A DNA stretch of 64,000 nucleotides from the human T2T-CHM13v2.0 reference genome, Homo sapiens: NCBI RefSeq assembly GCF_009914755.1, contig NC_060945.1, one strand, 5' to 3'. This document shows, piece by piece, positions 13,731 to 26,603 of the stretch. How positions within the stretch are numbered: position 1 is the first letter of the stretch; each line of letters begins with the position of its first letter. The position numbers were made by a program, and so were the translations under genes. Below the pieces are notes generated by a model, which saw only the letters and a list, made by a program, of their open reading frames with translations, did not search any database and was not told where the DNA came from.

Positions 13731-13919
13731 GCCAACTGGTGAATTAATAAGCAATAAATTAGTAACAGGTAATACATACATTTTATAAGTTCTAAACATT
13801 TTGATTATTCTGTAAGTCACTAGCTAACACATTCCCAGAGAAGTTGCCAAATTTAACTAATATTTTCTAAGCTCAAGTCCCTCTAAAATGTCCACCAAAG
13901 GGTCTGAATGGGATTAAAA

Positions 13920-14860
13920 AGACATTGAAAAATCTTGTCATTACATAACTGAAAATTAAAACAACCACTACACATTTATTAGAATGGCCAAAATCCAAAG
14001 CACTGACAACATCAAATGCTGATAAGGATGTGGAGAAACAGAAGCTTTCATTTTTTGCTGATGGGAATGCAAAATGGAGCAGTCACTTTGGAAGACAGTT
14101 TGGTAGTTTCTTACAACACTAAACACACTCTTACCATATGATACAGCAATCCTGCTTCTTGATATTTACCCAAATAAGTAAAAAAAAAAAAAAATACACG
14201 TCCACACAAAAACTTGCACACAGATGTTTACAGCAGTTCTTTTTATAATTGGCAATAATTTAAAAAAACTGAGATGTGCTTCGGTAGTTGAATGGATGAA
14301 CAAACTGTGCTTCATACAGACAATGGAAGAGTATTCAGCGCTAAAAAGGAATGAGCAATCAAGCCCCGACAAGACCTATAGGAGACATAAATATGTATTA
14401 CTTAGTGAAAGAAGCCAATGGCAGATGTTGTATCATTCTAACTAATTGGCATTCTAGAAAAGACAAACTATGGAGACAGTACAAGAATAAATAAATGGTT
14501 GCCAGAAGTTAGGGAGGAGAAAAGAATGAAGAGGTAGAGCACAGAGAATGTTTAGAGTAGTGAAATGCCTCTGTGATACCACAGTGGTGAATACATGTCA
14601 TTATACTTCGATACCTCTGTCAAAACCCATAGAATGTAAAATACCAAAAGTGAAACCTAATGCAAATCCTGGACTTTAGATGATAATGATTTGTCAGTGT
14701 AGGCTCATTGAGTCTAACAAATGTGTCACTGTGGTGAAGAATACCCATTGTATGGAAGATTATGTGTGTTTGGTAACGGGGGCAGGAAGTATGTGGAAAC
14801 CGTGTGAAACTTGTCGATTTTACTGTGAAGCTGAAACGTCTGTAAAAAAATTAAATGTTA
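13920..14860 (+). mobile_element. L1MC-like 3' fragment (ORF2 C-terminus plus 3'UTR)
   Basis: ORF 14224-14445 MFTAVLFII...EWMNKLCFIQTMEEYSALKRNE; 3'UTR motif caaaacccatagaatgt. Confidence 0.8.
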
Positions 14861-15078
14861 TTAATTTAAGAAATGCATTGACAGTAGTTTACTTTTCAAA
14901 CCTCAGAATTCATTCATAATATATTCCACCTTCTCAAAAACAGAGTTTGTTAATAAAGTCTTGTGAGTTTTTGTTTTTTGGTTTTTTGGCAATTACTTTG
15001 AAATGTGAAATTGTCCCTCACACAATTTCTGCTATAGAAAGTTTACGATTATCATGTTATTTTAAAAAGCCTCTCCAA

Positions 15079-15358
15079 GGCTGGGCACAATGGCTCACAC
15101 CTGTAATCCTAACACTTTAGGAAGGTGAGGCAGGCGGATCATTTAAGGCCAGGAGTTCAAGACCAGCCGGTCAATATGGGGAAACCTTGTCTCTACTAAA
15201 AATACAAAAATTAGCCAGGCGTGATGTTGCATGCCTGTAATCCCAGCTACTGAACACAGGAGGCAGTGGTTCCAGTGAGTCAGCATCACACCACTGCACT
15301 CCAGCCTGGGTGACAGAGAGAAACTCTGTCTCAAAAAAAAAAAAAAAAAAAAAAAAAA
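15079..15358 (+). mobile_element. Alu (J/S) with a ~27-bp deletion in the right arm
   Basis: ggctgggcacaatggctcacacctgtaatcc...; cccagctac joins directly to tgaac; poly-A tail. Confidence 0.92.
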
Positions 15359-15419
15359 TCAAAGAAAAAATTTTTATATGAGGCTGTATATTTCATATGC
15401 AGAAAACTACATGATTAGT

Positions 15420-15588
15420 CAAGAGTTCTGAGTTTATTTTCAAATCCCATTTTTTTCTTAACTAAGCAGGTCAACTTCAGCAAGGTTTTGTTGTGTTTTG
15501 GTTTTCCTCCTAAGGCTGTTTTTCACTTATAAAATGAGTTAAAGTAAATGGCCTCCAAGGTCCCTTCACACTAATCTAAACTATCTGT
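15420..15588 (+). mobile_element. MIR-family SINE fragment
   Basis: ...tataaaatgag...aaatggcctccaaggtcccttc resembles a MIR3/MIRc 3' end. Confidence 0.45.
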
Positions 15589-15864
15589 AAAAACATTCTT
15601 GAAGCCCTTTAAACTTGTGTCAAAGAATATGACCTCATGAAAAAGGTGCTGGTCCATGGCTTCTACGTGTAATAATCAAAAATTCAGGTCAAGCCAAATA
15701 GAAAATGCAACAGACCATCAAAATCAATATATTGTAATAAGCTTTCTTATTTATTTGTTTTCTTAATAACATATTGATTTAGAATTCAATATAAAACTAA
15801 TCAATTTATCAGAATCAAATTCCAATTTGTAGTTTGAAAAACCATTGATTAAGAAATCAGAGTC

Positions 15865-16010
15865 ACACGGAAGTGCTGGATATGTCTATTACCTTGATCG
15901 TAGTGTTGGTATCAAAGGTGTTTTCATACCTCCAAACTCATCAAATTGTGCATATTAAATATGTGTGTTTTATTGTATATTAATCATCACTCAATAAAAC
16001 TATTAAAAAA
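15865..16010 (+). mobile_element. Old L1M 3' terminal fragment
   Basis: aaactcatcaaattgtgcatattaaatatgtg...ctcaataaaac plus A tail. Confidence 0.6.
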
Positions 16011-16018
16011 TAGAACAA

Positions 16019-16418
<400 letters not shown>

Positions 16419-17379
16419 TCACAGTCACAGTGGGATTAGGTTTGGCCCGTATATAAAGCAAATTTGTAACATGAAATTTTACATTAAAAAATCACATAAT
16501 TATACTAGACAACACTGCTTTGAAGTCATAATTTTATGTTTGCAATAAGCATCAGAATCTCCCGAATAATTATTTGAAAATAAATGTATCTGGGACCTTC
16601 TCCCCAAAAACCCCAATTTAGTTTGCAGCTCCCTTGTTGATCATGAGCTAGTCTACTAGTTGTGAGGAAAGGCTCTTCTAATACAAATTCCCTATGACTG
16701 CAAATGGATCTTTAAGACAAAATGTCTGATTGTTAGCTGCACTAAACATCTTTCTATTAACTTTCTGAGGTTGTTAGAACATTTTTGCCTTTTGCCTGTT
16801 CCCCTCTTCTCAGAAAATTCTTGATTTACCAAGGTCCTCCTCACCTTAAAAATTCAATCCAGATATTTTGGGAACAAGGCAAGATGGTGTACGGGAAGCA
16901 GGTTTTGTGTGCCCCTCTCACAGAGATGAAACAAAAGGGCTAGTGAACACTGACCCTTCAGGTCAATCATATAAAAGAAGACATCAGGATCCCTGAAGGC
17001 AGCAGGGCAATTCAGAGATCAGATAGGAGCGAAGCTGGGCACCAGACTGTCTGGGTTCAGTGTGGAGGAGGAGAAGCTCTCCAACACAAGAAAAGATAAA
17101 TGAGAGGCCCCACGGAGATTCAAGCTCTCCACAGGGACCTGTGCAACCCTGGGAACAGGAGAATCCCCTGGGTCCCCCTCCACTGCACTTCTAGACTGAG
17201 GCAGAGAGCCACCTGGACTTTTTGCAGGGGCAACCTTCAAGTCCAAATGACCTCTACAAAACTTTGGCCCTGGAGTAGAGCAGCACCAGCGTCATAGCTT
17301 CAATAGAGGCTGCAGTTGCAGTACCTGAGAGCAATAAGACTGCTCCACCCCTCCTTGCTGGACAGGGCTCAGTGTCAGG

Positions 17380-18400
17380 TTCTGGCCCAGCAGTCCCCCT
17401 TCAGCCCAAATTCGACTAGCCACTCCACCTACCCCCACCAGCAATAGCCAGGATGGCATTGCTTGCTAGAGCTTCTGGCCCAGTGGTGCCACTTCTGTGT
17501 GAACTCAGCTGGAGGTCACAGTTTTCTGTTGTCCCAGGAAACACCTGAATTGCAGAGTGCGTGACTCCACCTGCCCCTGTCACTAGTAGCCCGGTGGGCA
17601 ACACCTGCTAGAGCTCCTGGCTCGGCAGCTCCACTTCTGTCTGAGCTCAGCTACAGGGAACAGCTTCTTGTTGTCCCCGAACAGCAGAACAACAGAGCAT
17701 GCAACTCAGCCCACCACTGCCGCTGGTAGCAAGGTGGGCAATTGCTTCCTAGAGCTTCCAGTTCAGTGGCTCTGCTTCTGTGTAAACTCAGCTAGAGGGT
17801 GCAGCTTCCTGTAGTTCTGGAAAACACCACCACCCAGATAGCAGAGCATGTGACACTTTACCCAGCTGGGCAACACTTGCTACAGCTTCTGCGCCAGCAC
17901 CCCACTTCTATGTAAGTTCAGCCACTGGGTGCAGCCTCTTGCTGTCCCAGGTAGCACCCAGACAGAAGCACAGGTGACCCCACTGAGCCCTGCCTCTGAT
18001 AGCCAGGTGGGCAATGCCTGCTAGAGTTTCTAGCCCAGTGGTCCTGCTTCTGTGAGAACTTAGCCAGTGAGCACAGCCTTCTATTGTCCCAGGAAGCTTC
18101 TGGATGGCAGGGTAGGCACACCCATCCACCCCTGCCATTTATAGCCAGACAAGCCACACCTGCTGAAGCTAACAGTACAGTGGTCCTACTTCTGCCAGAA
18201 TTTGCTGAGGAATGCAGCCTCCTGTTGCGTTAGAAATACACAGTTGGCAAGGCATGTAACTCCATCCACCTCCACTTCGCATAGCCAGATGGGTCACATC
18301 TGCTAGATCTTCCAGTGCAGCAGTCCTGCTTCCACCTGAATTCCGTGGACAGGAGCAACCCTGGGTTTCCCCCAGGAAGCACATGAACAGCATATCAGCG
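17380..18400 (+). repeat. Tandem array of ~141-bp monomers (~7 copies) in the L1 5'UTR
   Basis: Anchor ctagagc(t)t-like motif at 17466, 17608, 17749, 17880, 18021, 18163, 18303. Confidence 0.85.
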
Positions 18401-18458
18401 TTGACCTAACAAAGATACAGCTTGTCTGCCAGCCATAGCCTCTGCCTGAGGGAGCCAC

Positions 18459-19370
18459 ATGGACCACATGGACCAGAATAGCCAACAAAAGAATTGTGGG
18501 CATAGAGACCATAATCACAGAGGGTTCCTCCATGACCCAGGAGTGGAGAAGAATCGAAACCAGTCAACCGAACTCCCTCTATACCATAATCAAACCCCCA
18601 AGGGCATCAATGAAGGAAAGAGAAAAAAAAATCTATCAAAAGGACAGCAAATTCATCAGCCCACACAAATGACAAAGAAACAGCACAGGAACTCTGGCAA
18701 CTCAAAAAGCCAGAATGCATTCTTTCTTCCAAATGATTGCACTTATTCCCCAGCACGATTTCTTAACCAGGTTGAAAAGGCTGAAAAGACAGAAATAGAA
18801 ATCAGACTATGGATAGCAAAGAAAATAATCAAGATTCAGGAGAACATCAAAACCCAATCCAAAGAAGGTAAGAATTATAATAAAATGATACAAGAACAGA
18901 TAGACAAAATAGCCATTACTGATCCACAAAAGCGCCAAACTGATCTTACAGAGCTGAAACATATACTACAAGAATTGCATAATGCAACTGCAATTATTAA
19001 CAGCAAAGTAGATCAACCTAAGGAAAGAACCTCAGAGCTTGAAGACTGGCTCACTGAAATGACCCAGTCAGACAAAAATGAAGGAAAAATAATTATAAAG
19101 CATGAACAAAACCTCCACAAATATGGAATTATGTAAAGACCTCATATCTATGACTCATTGGCATCCCTGCAAGAGATGAGTAGAAAGTAAGCAACTTAGA
19201 AAACACATTTCATTGTATCATCCATGTAAACTTCCCCAGCATCACTAGAGAGGCCAAAATTCAAATCCAGGAAATGCAGAGAATGGCTGCAAGATATTAC
19301 ACAAGAAGACCATCCCCAAATCACATAATTATCAGTTTCTCCAAGGCCAAAATGAGATAAAAAAAATTGT
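18459..19370 (+). pseudogene. L1 ORF1p relic (N-terminus and coiled coil open to 19136, then disrupted)
   Basis: MTKKQHRNSGNSKSQ...ELHNATAIINSKVDQPKERTSELED matches ORF1p; downstream DNA is ORF1 with stops and frameshifts. Confidence 0.85.
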
Positions 19371-19379
19371 TAAAGAAGG

Positions 19380-21025
19380 TGCAAAACCTCCTTAATCTGA
19401 CAAACAACTTCAGCTGGGTTTCAAGATACAAAATCAGTGTACAAAAATCAATAGCATTCCTATATACCAGTAACATCCAAGTCAAGAAGCAAATCAGAAA
19501 CACAATCCCATTCACAATTGCCACAAAAAGAATAGAATACCTAGAAATACAGCTAACAAGGGAGGTGAAACATCTCTTTCATGAGAACTACAGAACACTG
19601 TTCAAAGAAATCAGAGATGACATAAACAAATGGAAGAACATTTCATGCTTACGGATAATAAGAGGCAATATCCTCAAAATGGTTATACTGCCCAAAGAAA
19701 TTTACAGATTCAATGCTATTTCTTTTAAACTGCCAATGATATTCTTTACATAATTAGAAAAAGTTGTTTTAAAATTCATATGGAACCAAAAAAGAGTCTG
19801 AATAGCCAAAGCAATCCTCAGCAAAAAGGGCAAAGCTGGAGGCATTGTGTTACCCAATGTTAAACTATATTACAGGGCTACAGTAACCAAAACAGCATGG
19901 TACTGGTAGAAAAACAAACACATAGACCAGTTGAACAGAATACAGAACCCAGAAATAATGCTGCAAACCTACAACCATCTCATCTTCAACATAGATGAAA
20001 AGTTAAGCAAAGGGGAAAGGACTCCCCACTCAATAAAATGTTCTCGGATAACTGGCTATCCATATGCAGAAGATTGAAACTGGACCCCCTCCTTATACAA
20101 TATACAAAAATCAATGCAAGATGAATTAAAAACTGAAATGTAAAACCTAAAACTATAATAACCCTGTTAGATAACCTAGTAAATATCATTCTGGAGGTAG
20201 TACTTGGCAAATAATTGTTGATGAAGACACCAAAAGCAATTATTAATACAACAAAAATAAAAATTGACAAATGGAATCTAATTAAAATAAAGGGCTTCTG
20301 CACAGCAAAAGAAACTATTAACGGAGTAAACAGACAACCTACATAATGAGAGACAATATTTGCAAACTCTGCATTAAACAAAGGTCAAATATCCAGAATC
20401 TATGAGGAACTTAAACAAGTTTACAAGCAAAAACTAAGCAACCCTGCTAAAAAGTGGGCAAAGGACATGAACAGACATTTTTCAAAAGAAAGCATACAGA
20501 AGGCCAACAAGCATACGAAAAAAAGCTCAATATCACTGATCATTAGGGAAACGTAAACCAAAACCACAATGATATACACCTCACACCATTCAAAAAGGCT
20601 ATTAATAAAAAGCCAAAAAATGATAGATGCTGGCGAGTGGTGGAGAAAAGAAAACATGTATACAGTGTTGGTGGGAGTGCAAATTAGTTAGCAAATCATT
20701 ATGAAAGACAGTGTGGCAATTCCTTAAAGACCAAAAACAGAACTACTATTCGACCCAGAAAACCCATTATTGGGTATGTACCATACAGAATATAAATTGT
20801 TTACATAAATATACATGCATATGTATGTTCATCGCAGTATTATTCACAAAAGGAAAGACATAAAATCAACCTAAATGCCCATTGACGGTAGATTGAAGAA
20901 AATATGGTACATATACACCATGGAATACTACTCAGTAATAAAAAACGGTGAGATCATTTCCTTTGCAGCAATGTTAATGGAGCTAGAGGCCACTATCTTA
21001 AGCAAACTATCCCTGGAACAGAAAA
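19380..21025 (+). pseudogene. L1 ORF2p 3' half relic
   Basis: [27 protein letters not shown]...[13 protein letters not shown]; later KKIWYIYTMEYYSVIK; multiple stops. Confidence 0.88.
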
Positions 21026-21066
21026 ACATTCATTGTGTGTTAGGAATGTGCATTAGGATCATTGTG

Positions 21067-21673
21067 TGACAATGATAGGTTTATATTGTATCTCATCCAC
21101 TAGATTATCAGTTTATAGGGCAGTATTCAAGTATGCAAGCATGTTACTAAATAGTAACAGTAAAAATTGCTTTATCAAATTGCTTATAAGTGAAAACCAC
21201 ATGTTTTCACTTATAAGCAGGAGCTAAACAACCATAACATATGGATGCTAGGAAAGTAACAACAGATACTGGGGCCTACTTGAGGGGAGAGGTTAGTAGG
21301 AGGGAGAGGACCAGAAAAAAATACCTATTGGTTACTATGTTTATAACCCAGGTGACAAAATTATCCGTACAACGAATCCCTGTGACATTCAATTTACCTG
21401 TATAACAAACCTGCACATGTATCCCTGAACCTAACATAAAAGTTAAAACAAACGCAATCCAAGAATTGTCTTTCTATGAGGCCTTCTCTTAGTCTCCTAC
21501 CTCATGCTCCAGAGGGCTTCGCTAATTCTTCTATCAGCACTTAGCACATTGCCTGACAGTGGTCTGTTTATATTATATCTCATCCACTAGGTTATCAGTT
21601 TATAAGGCAGTATTCAAGTATGTAAGCATATTACTAAACAATAACAATAAAAGTTGCTTTATCAAATTGCTTA
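21067..21673 (+). repeat. Direct repeat pair 21067-21186 / 21554-21673 (120 bp, ~13 mismatches)
   Basis: Gap-free alignment; the first copy interrupts the L1 3'UTR and the second lies in the flank. Confidence 0.93.
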
Positions 21674-23364
21674 AAATAAACCTTAGTAGTGATGGCCCAG
21701 CTGTAACAGGATCACAGCAATTCCATGTCATGACATTGTGATTCTCAGACAACATCAGCTTCATTTCCTTGTGTTGTTTTTTTGGCAGTGATAGCATTTA
21801 GATGACAATTTTCAGAAAACTCTGTTAATATTCTTGGCAGATATTTAACCTTATGAAAAGAAATCACTTATTGAGGACTTCAGTACAGTATTTTCATTTC
21901 AATGACATTTAAAATGAAAAGGAGTCCATTTTCTTTTCAGAATTTTTGAATATGCTTCAGTTTAAAATTAAACTCATTCAGTGAATAGTCAACTAGCACA
22001 AAAATCAGAATATAAGCGATTTTTTTAAGCAGGCTTTTTTTTTCAATGTGGCTCTTATATTTGATATATCCTATGATACACATTTGACTATTAACAACAA
22101 GTGAAGCATACAAATTTATCTTCAAAAATATGGTAATTTTTTAGTACATATAATGAATTAAAATTTATTGCTCTATGCATAGGAGATAATTTACATAATT
22201 TCAGTATATCTTTTTAGCCTTTAGTCAACTCAGAAAAATAAGTCACTTAAAAATGTATGTTTCTATTTTATTTTCAGATTTTGTATTAATAGCTTTTAAA
22301 TCTTATCCTATTTTTATATGATTACAATACTATAGTAATTTATAGAAGGGAGTTGAAAACATAGTGAAAATATAACTAATTTCTAAAATATTTGTAGTCA
22401 CTTTTATTATGGATTTTCAACATTCTTTTCTAATAAAGAGAAGGGTTAATGAATGAGTTTAATAGGATACCTATAATAAACTACTTTTAAGGTGAATGTG
22501 ACTGGATTGTTTTGGTTGTGCTTGCTTTTCCATGTCTTAGGGTAACCTCAGTTTTCTCAGAACACAATATTAAGTCTAAATCCAAAAGCCTATTGGGTAA
22601 TATAGATTTAATGAGAGAAGGAAGAGTTACCTGCACCTTACCTAGCCCATTTATCTTCTAAAAATAAAATATTTGTAAACATTTTTCTGTTTCTCAATGG
22701 CTTCTCTTCTTGTGTTTCACGTGTCATTTTTCCATTTACTATTCACCAACTATCTCATTAGCTTACAAATAACCTGGTTCAAGCAATTGTCCCACATCTC
22801 CTATTACATTGCACTGAGCACTCAGTGAACTAAAAAGTAATCAATATTGCCAAGCAAAAGAAACAAAGCAAAACGGGATAAAACTTTAGTTTACACCTGA
22901 CTCTCACTTTTCACATTTGTGAATGTGAAAGCGAAGAGATCAAAATCAGGTTCCTTTCATAAAGCTATTACGCACTGCTGCATTCAAAACAGCAGTAGCA
23001 AAAGATGTAAGGATAAATGTGCTCACACTTTTAAAATCATGACACTAAAATAATGTTTCTTGATTCATATGTGAAATCAGATTACACTATAGTCAGGCTG
23101 GTATTTATCTGGAAATTTACTCTGAGCTATCATATTTCACCCTGGCTCATCCTCTTGGCCATCTCTAGTTAAACCAGCAATGGACCTTTTTCCAAGCTGG
23201 TTCATCACCTTGTATCTCCATAAATTTGTAATTAGGAGCAATTGGCCAGTTCACATGGCTGAAATTATAAGACAAAATTTGAGTATTGCATCTATATAGA
23301 AAGACCTGTTTTGCCCTGTAATCTAGGGAAGCAAAAAATGCTCTTCTAGACGTGGAAAATAACT

Positions 23365-23386
23365 GAGAGAGAGAGAGAGAGAGAGA
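23365..23386. repeat. (GA)n microsatellite
   Basis: Read directly. Confidence 0.9.
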
Positions 23387-25033
23387 AACCAGGAGAGAAA
23401 AAAAATCATGGAAAGAGAGGCCAAGGGATTTACAGTGTTGGTTCCAGTTTCTAAGATCTCCTACACTTCTGTTTTTGCCCTGTATGAGGCATTTTAAAGT
23501 TTGTTCTGTTAAACATTTTTAAAGTATAAAATAGCATATAGGGTTGTAGGGTATCTGTATTTGTGGCTCTGTTCAAACAAAGGCAAGAAACAATAAACTT
23601 TGCAATAAATAGATGAGATGTATTCAGGAAAGGAGTAGGAACAGAACAAGAGAGTAGTTGTGGATACCCGAGAAATAAACAACTTTACAAATTCTCAGTT
23701 CTCAAGGTTTCCCCTTGTGTTTTCTGGTCAGAATTGAGCACGTGAGTCCATTAATTAACACATCAATTATGCAAAGGCAGATAATGCAGAGGGGTGAGCA
23801 TGCAGAAAATTATTACCGCTTTATGTGAAATCAGTACATTCTTAGGAGACATCACAAATGTGAAAAAAAAAAGTTTGTAATAAGAAACATAGCTCTTGAC
23901 TCTTATTCTCCATGGGTCATGCATTATTTTCAATGTTTAAATCCATTATTCCTCCCCATTTAAGAGATCTGTGCACGGAGACTCACATCAATGCTTGAGG
24001 AGACAGAAAGCCAAATGCCGAAGTTGATTTGACCATGAGTTATGCAGAGGGTTATGATTTGATTAGGAGTTTGTGCACCAGGCTGTCATCGCAATCTCTC
24101 CAGTATCTTTTGTCTTTCCTGTTGTGTAGTTTAGATGATATTTTGAATAGTATAGTTTAATTAATACTGTGATGATATACAACATTTGATTTATAAAATT
24201 TAAACTATATCTTTCTTGTCTTCTTAACAAAATTATTGATCACTTTCTGTTTCTTTTTAGCTTCCATAACATTATAGTTCCCATGTAACAATTTATAATT
24301 ATCTAAATTTTTGCCATGCGTTATTGAGGAAAAAATCTTAAATGCATATCTGCTAAAAGTTATACAAATTACACTGATGGTATCGTGTACATCAATCCAT
24401 TATCTTGTAAGCTTTCTCTATAAAGGAGAAAATGAAACAAAAATGACAAGAAAATAATTTATAGTACCTTACAGACAAGATGTTTTCATGAAGAAATGAG
24501 TTAAATAAGAAGTTTTAAATAAGTTAAAAGGCCTATAGAAAATTTCTATTTTCATACAGTTGCATACTAAATCCTTAACCTAATTGAACACATATCTGAA
24601 AAAAACATACTTATAATTGACTCTGTAGTCTAGAAAATAAATAATTTATAGATATCATACTTTTTAAAAGTTTTTAAAATGAAACTGATAAATTATAAAT
24701 ACAATTTTAATTAGTTATAATGAATACATTATGAATTAATATGTGATTTACTCTAGAATTTATTAATCACCAAATAAGAATTTTCACTGTTAAAATTATC
24801 ATAGCTTGTTGTTGCTTTCAACCTAATAATCTGCTATTAGCCACATATTTGGAATGTATTCTTACTCCCATGCCTACCTGTTCCTCGAGGTGGTATCTTC
24901 TAAAATGAATGTGGACTCTTGGTTTCAGAGATGTTGCTCTTTATGTTCCTTTATGTTCTCTGCAGCCTGCAAAAATGTTGCATTCATGGAATCCCTACAG
25001 AGCAGAAGAATGCTTCCTATATATCTCACTATC

Positions 25034-25338
25034 TTTTTTTGTTTTGTTTTTGAGACAGGGGCTTGCTCTGTCACCTGGGTTGGAGTGCAATGGCACACAC
25101 ATAGCCCACTGCAAGCTCGATTTCCCAGGCTCAAGCAGTCCTCCAACCTCAACCTCCTAAGTAGATGGGACTAAAGGCCTGTGTCACTACACCCGGCTAT
25201 TTTTTTTTTTAAATATTTTTAGTAGAGAGAGGATCTTGCTTTGTTGTCAGGCTAGTCTCAAAATCCTGGGCTCAAGTGATGCTCCTGCCTTGGCTTCCCA
25301 AAGACCTGGGATTACAGGCATGAGCCATCACCCTGGCC
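25034..25338 (-). mobile_element. AluJ
   Basis: ttttgagacaggggcttgctctgtcacc...ggctcaagc...catgagccatcaccctggcc; degenerate TSD atctcactatc/atcttcactacc. Confidence 0.9.
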
Positions 25339-25458
25339 ATCTTCACTACCCTTGACATATCTATGTATCTTCGCTGTTCTTGATGTAAGTTGAATCAATG
25401 AGGTAAAGAGATTATTTCTTACAAGGTACCACCATCCTGTTAAGCAAGACAACTTATA

Positions 25459-25821
25459 CAAATGCTCCTGAACTTATGATGAGTTTCAGTCTCAATAAAC
25501 CTATTGTAAGTTGAAAATATGGTAAGTTAAAAATACATTTAATGTATCTAACCTACTGAACTTAATAGCTTAGCCTAGCCTACCTTAAACATGCTCAAAA
25601 CACTTGCCTTAGCCTAGAGTTGAGCAAAATAATTTTATATGAGGCACATTTTATATTGAAGTGTTGAATATCTCATGTAATCCATTTAATACTGTATAGT
25701 AAGGGGAAAAGAATGGTTGGATGTATGCTCAAAGTGTGATTTCTACTGAATGCATATCACTTTTGCACCATTTTAAAGTTTAAAAATTAAATCAAACCAT
25801 TGTAAGTTGGGGACCACCTTT
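25459..25821 (+). mobile_element. MER47A (TcMar-Tigger MITE)
   Basis: caaatgctcctgaacttatgatg...agcttagcctagcctaccttaaac...gtaagttggggaccacct; flanked by TA. Confidence 0.8.
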
Positions 25822-26034
25822 ATTCTCATGGCTTCCTACAAAAGTTTTAGCATTGGTACTTTTAGATAAATTATTTACCACCATTCCAGAAAGGGGAAGA
25901 GAAGGCTTGACATCTCTTTGCGACCTTGAACCATTCAAATGAATCTTCATCTGTTTCCTGCAACACCATTGCCAAGCACTGAATTTTCAAAAAGACAATG
26001 AATATCTCATTAGGTATAGAATGGAAAAAATGAC

Positions 26035-26603
26035 TGTATTAGTTATCTCTTGCTACCTAATAATATTATCACAAATTTAGAGACTTAATATAACATCCAT
26101 CTATCATATCACACTTTTGCAGATCAGGATTGCAGGCTTTGGTTAGCGGGGCTCTCTGCTGCAGTCTTAAACCTGCCATCAAGGTGTTGGCCAGGGCTTC
26201 AGATTCCTCTGAGATCTGACTGGGGAGAAATCACCTCCTAATCTCATGTGGTTGTTTGCAGAATTTAACTACTTTTAGGCTGTGAAGTGACAGCAGTCTC
26301 AGTTTCTTTCTAGTTTTTGGACAGAGGCCACCCTCAGCTCATTGCCTCCTCAATGTGGCAGTACAACATGGCAGCTAGCTTCCTCCAGGCCAACAAGGAA
26401 GACATTCTCTTCCCAGTATAAATGCTGCAGGTTTATGCAACATAATTATGTATGGTAATCACATATATCCTGTCAACTTTGCCATCTTCTATTGAATAGA
26501 AGCATTCATGGTTCCTGCCATACCCCAGGGAAGGTGATGACACGAAGCTGTGAATTCCAGGAGGCAGGGATCATGGGGTCCACTTTAAAATCTGTCTCTA
26601 ACA
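26035..26603 (-). mobile_element. MLT1 (E/F-like) MaLR solo LTR
   Basis: tgtattagttatctcttgct...caaggtgttggccagggc...gggtccactttaaaatctgtctctaaca. Confidence 0.7.

Larger units (their letters stand above)
16870..21450 (+). mobile_element. Older primate L1 (L1PA15-16/L1PB-like) with 5'UTR and a large internal deletion
   Basis: 5' caagatgg start, ORF1 relic, jump into ORF2 at ~19380, ORF2 C-terminus and 3'UTR ending aacctaacataaaagttaaaa; possible degenerate TSD caatcca(a)ga. Confidence 0.9.

Noticed and set aside
17380-18400. Regularly spaced repeats as a CRISPR-like array
   Set aside because: Whole units are homologous, with no unique spacers; the array lies in an L1 5'UTR in eukaryotic DNA with no cas genes
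18459-19136. Longest ORF (225 aa) as a novel host gene
   Set aside because: It is the L1 ORF1p N-terminus and coiled coil extended into the 5'UTR, and it is broken before the RRM/CTD
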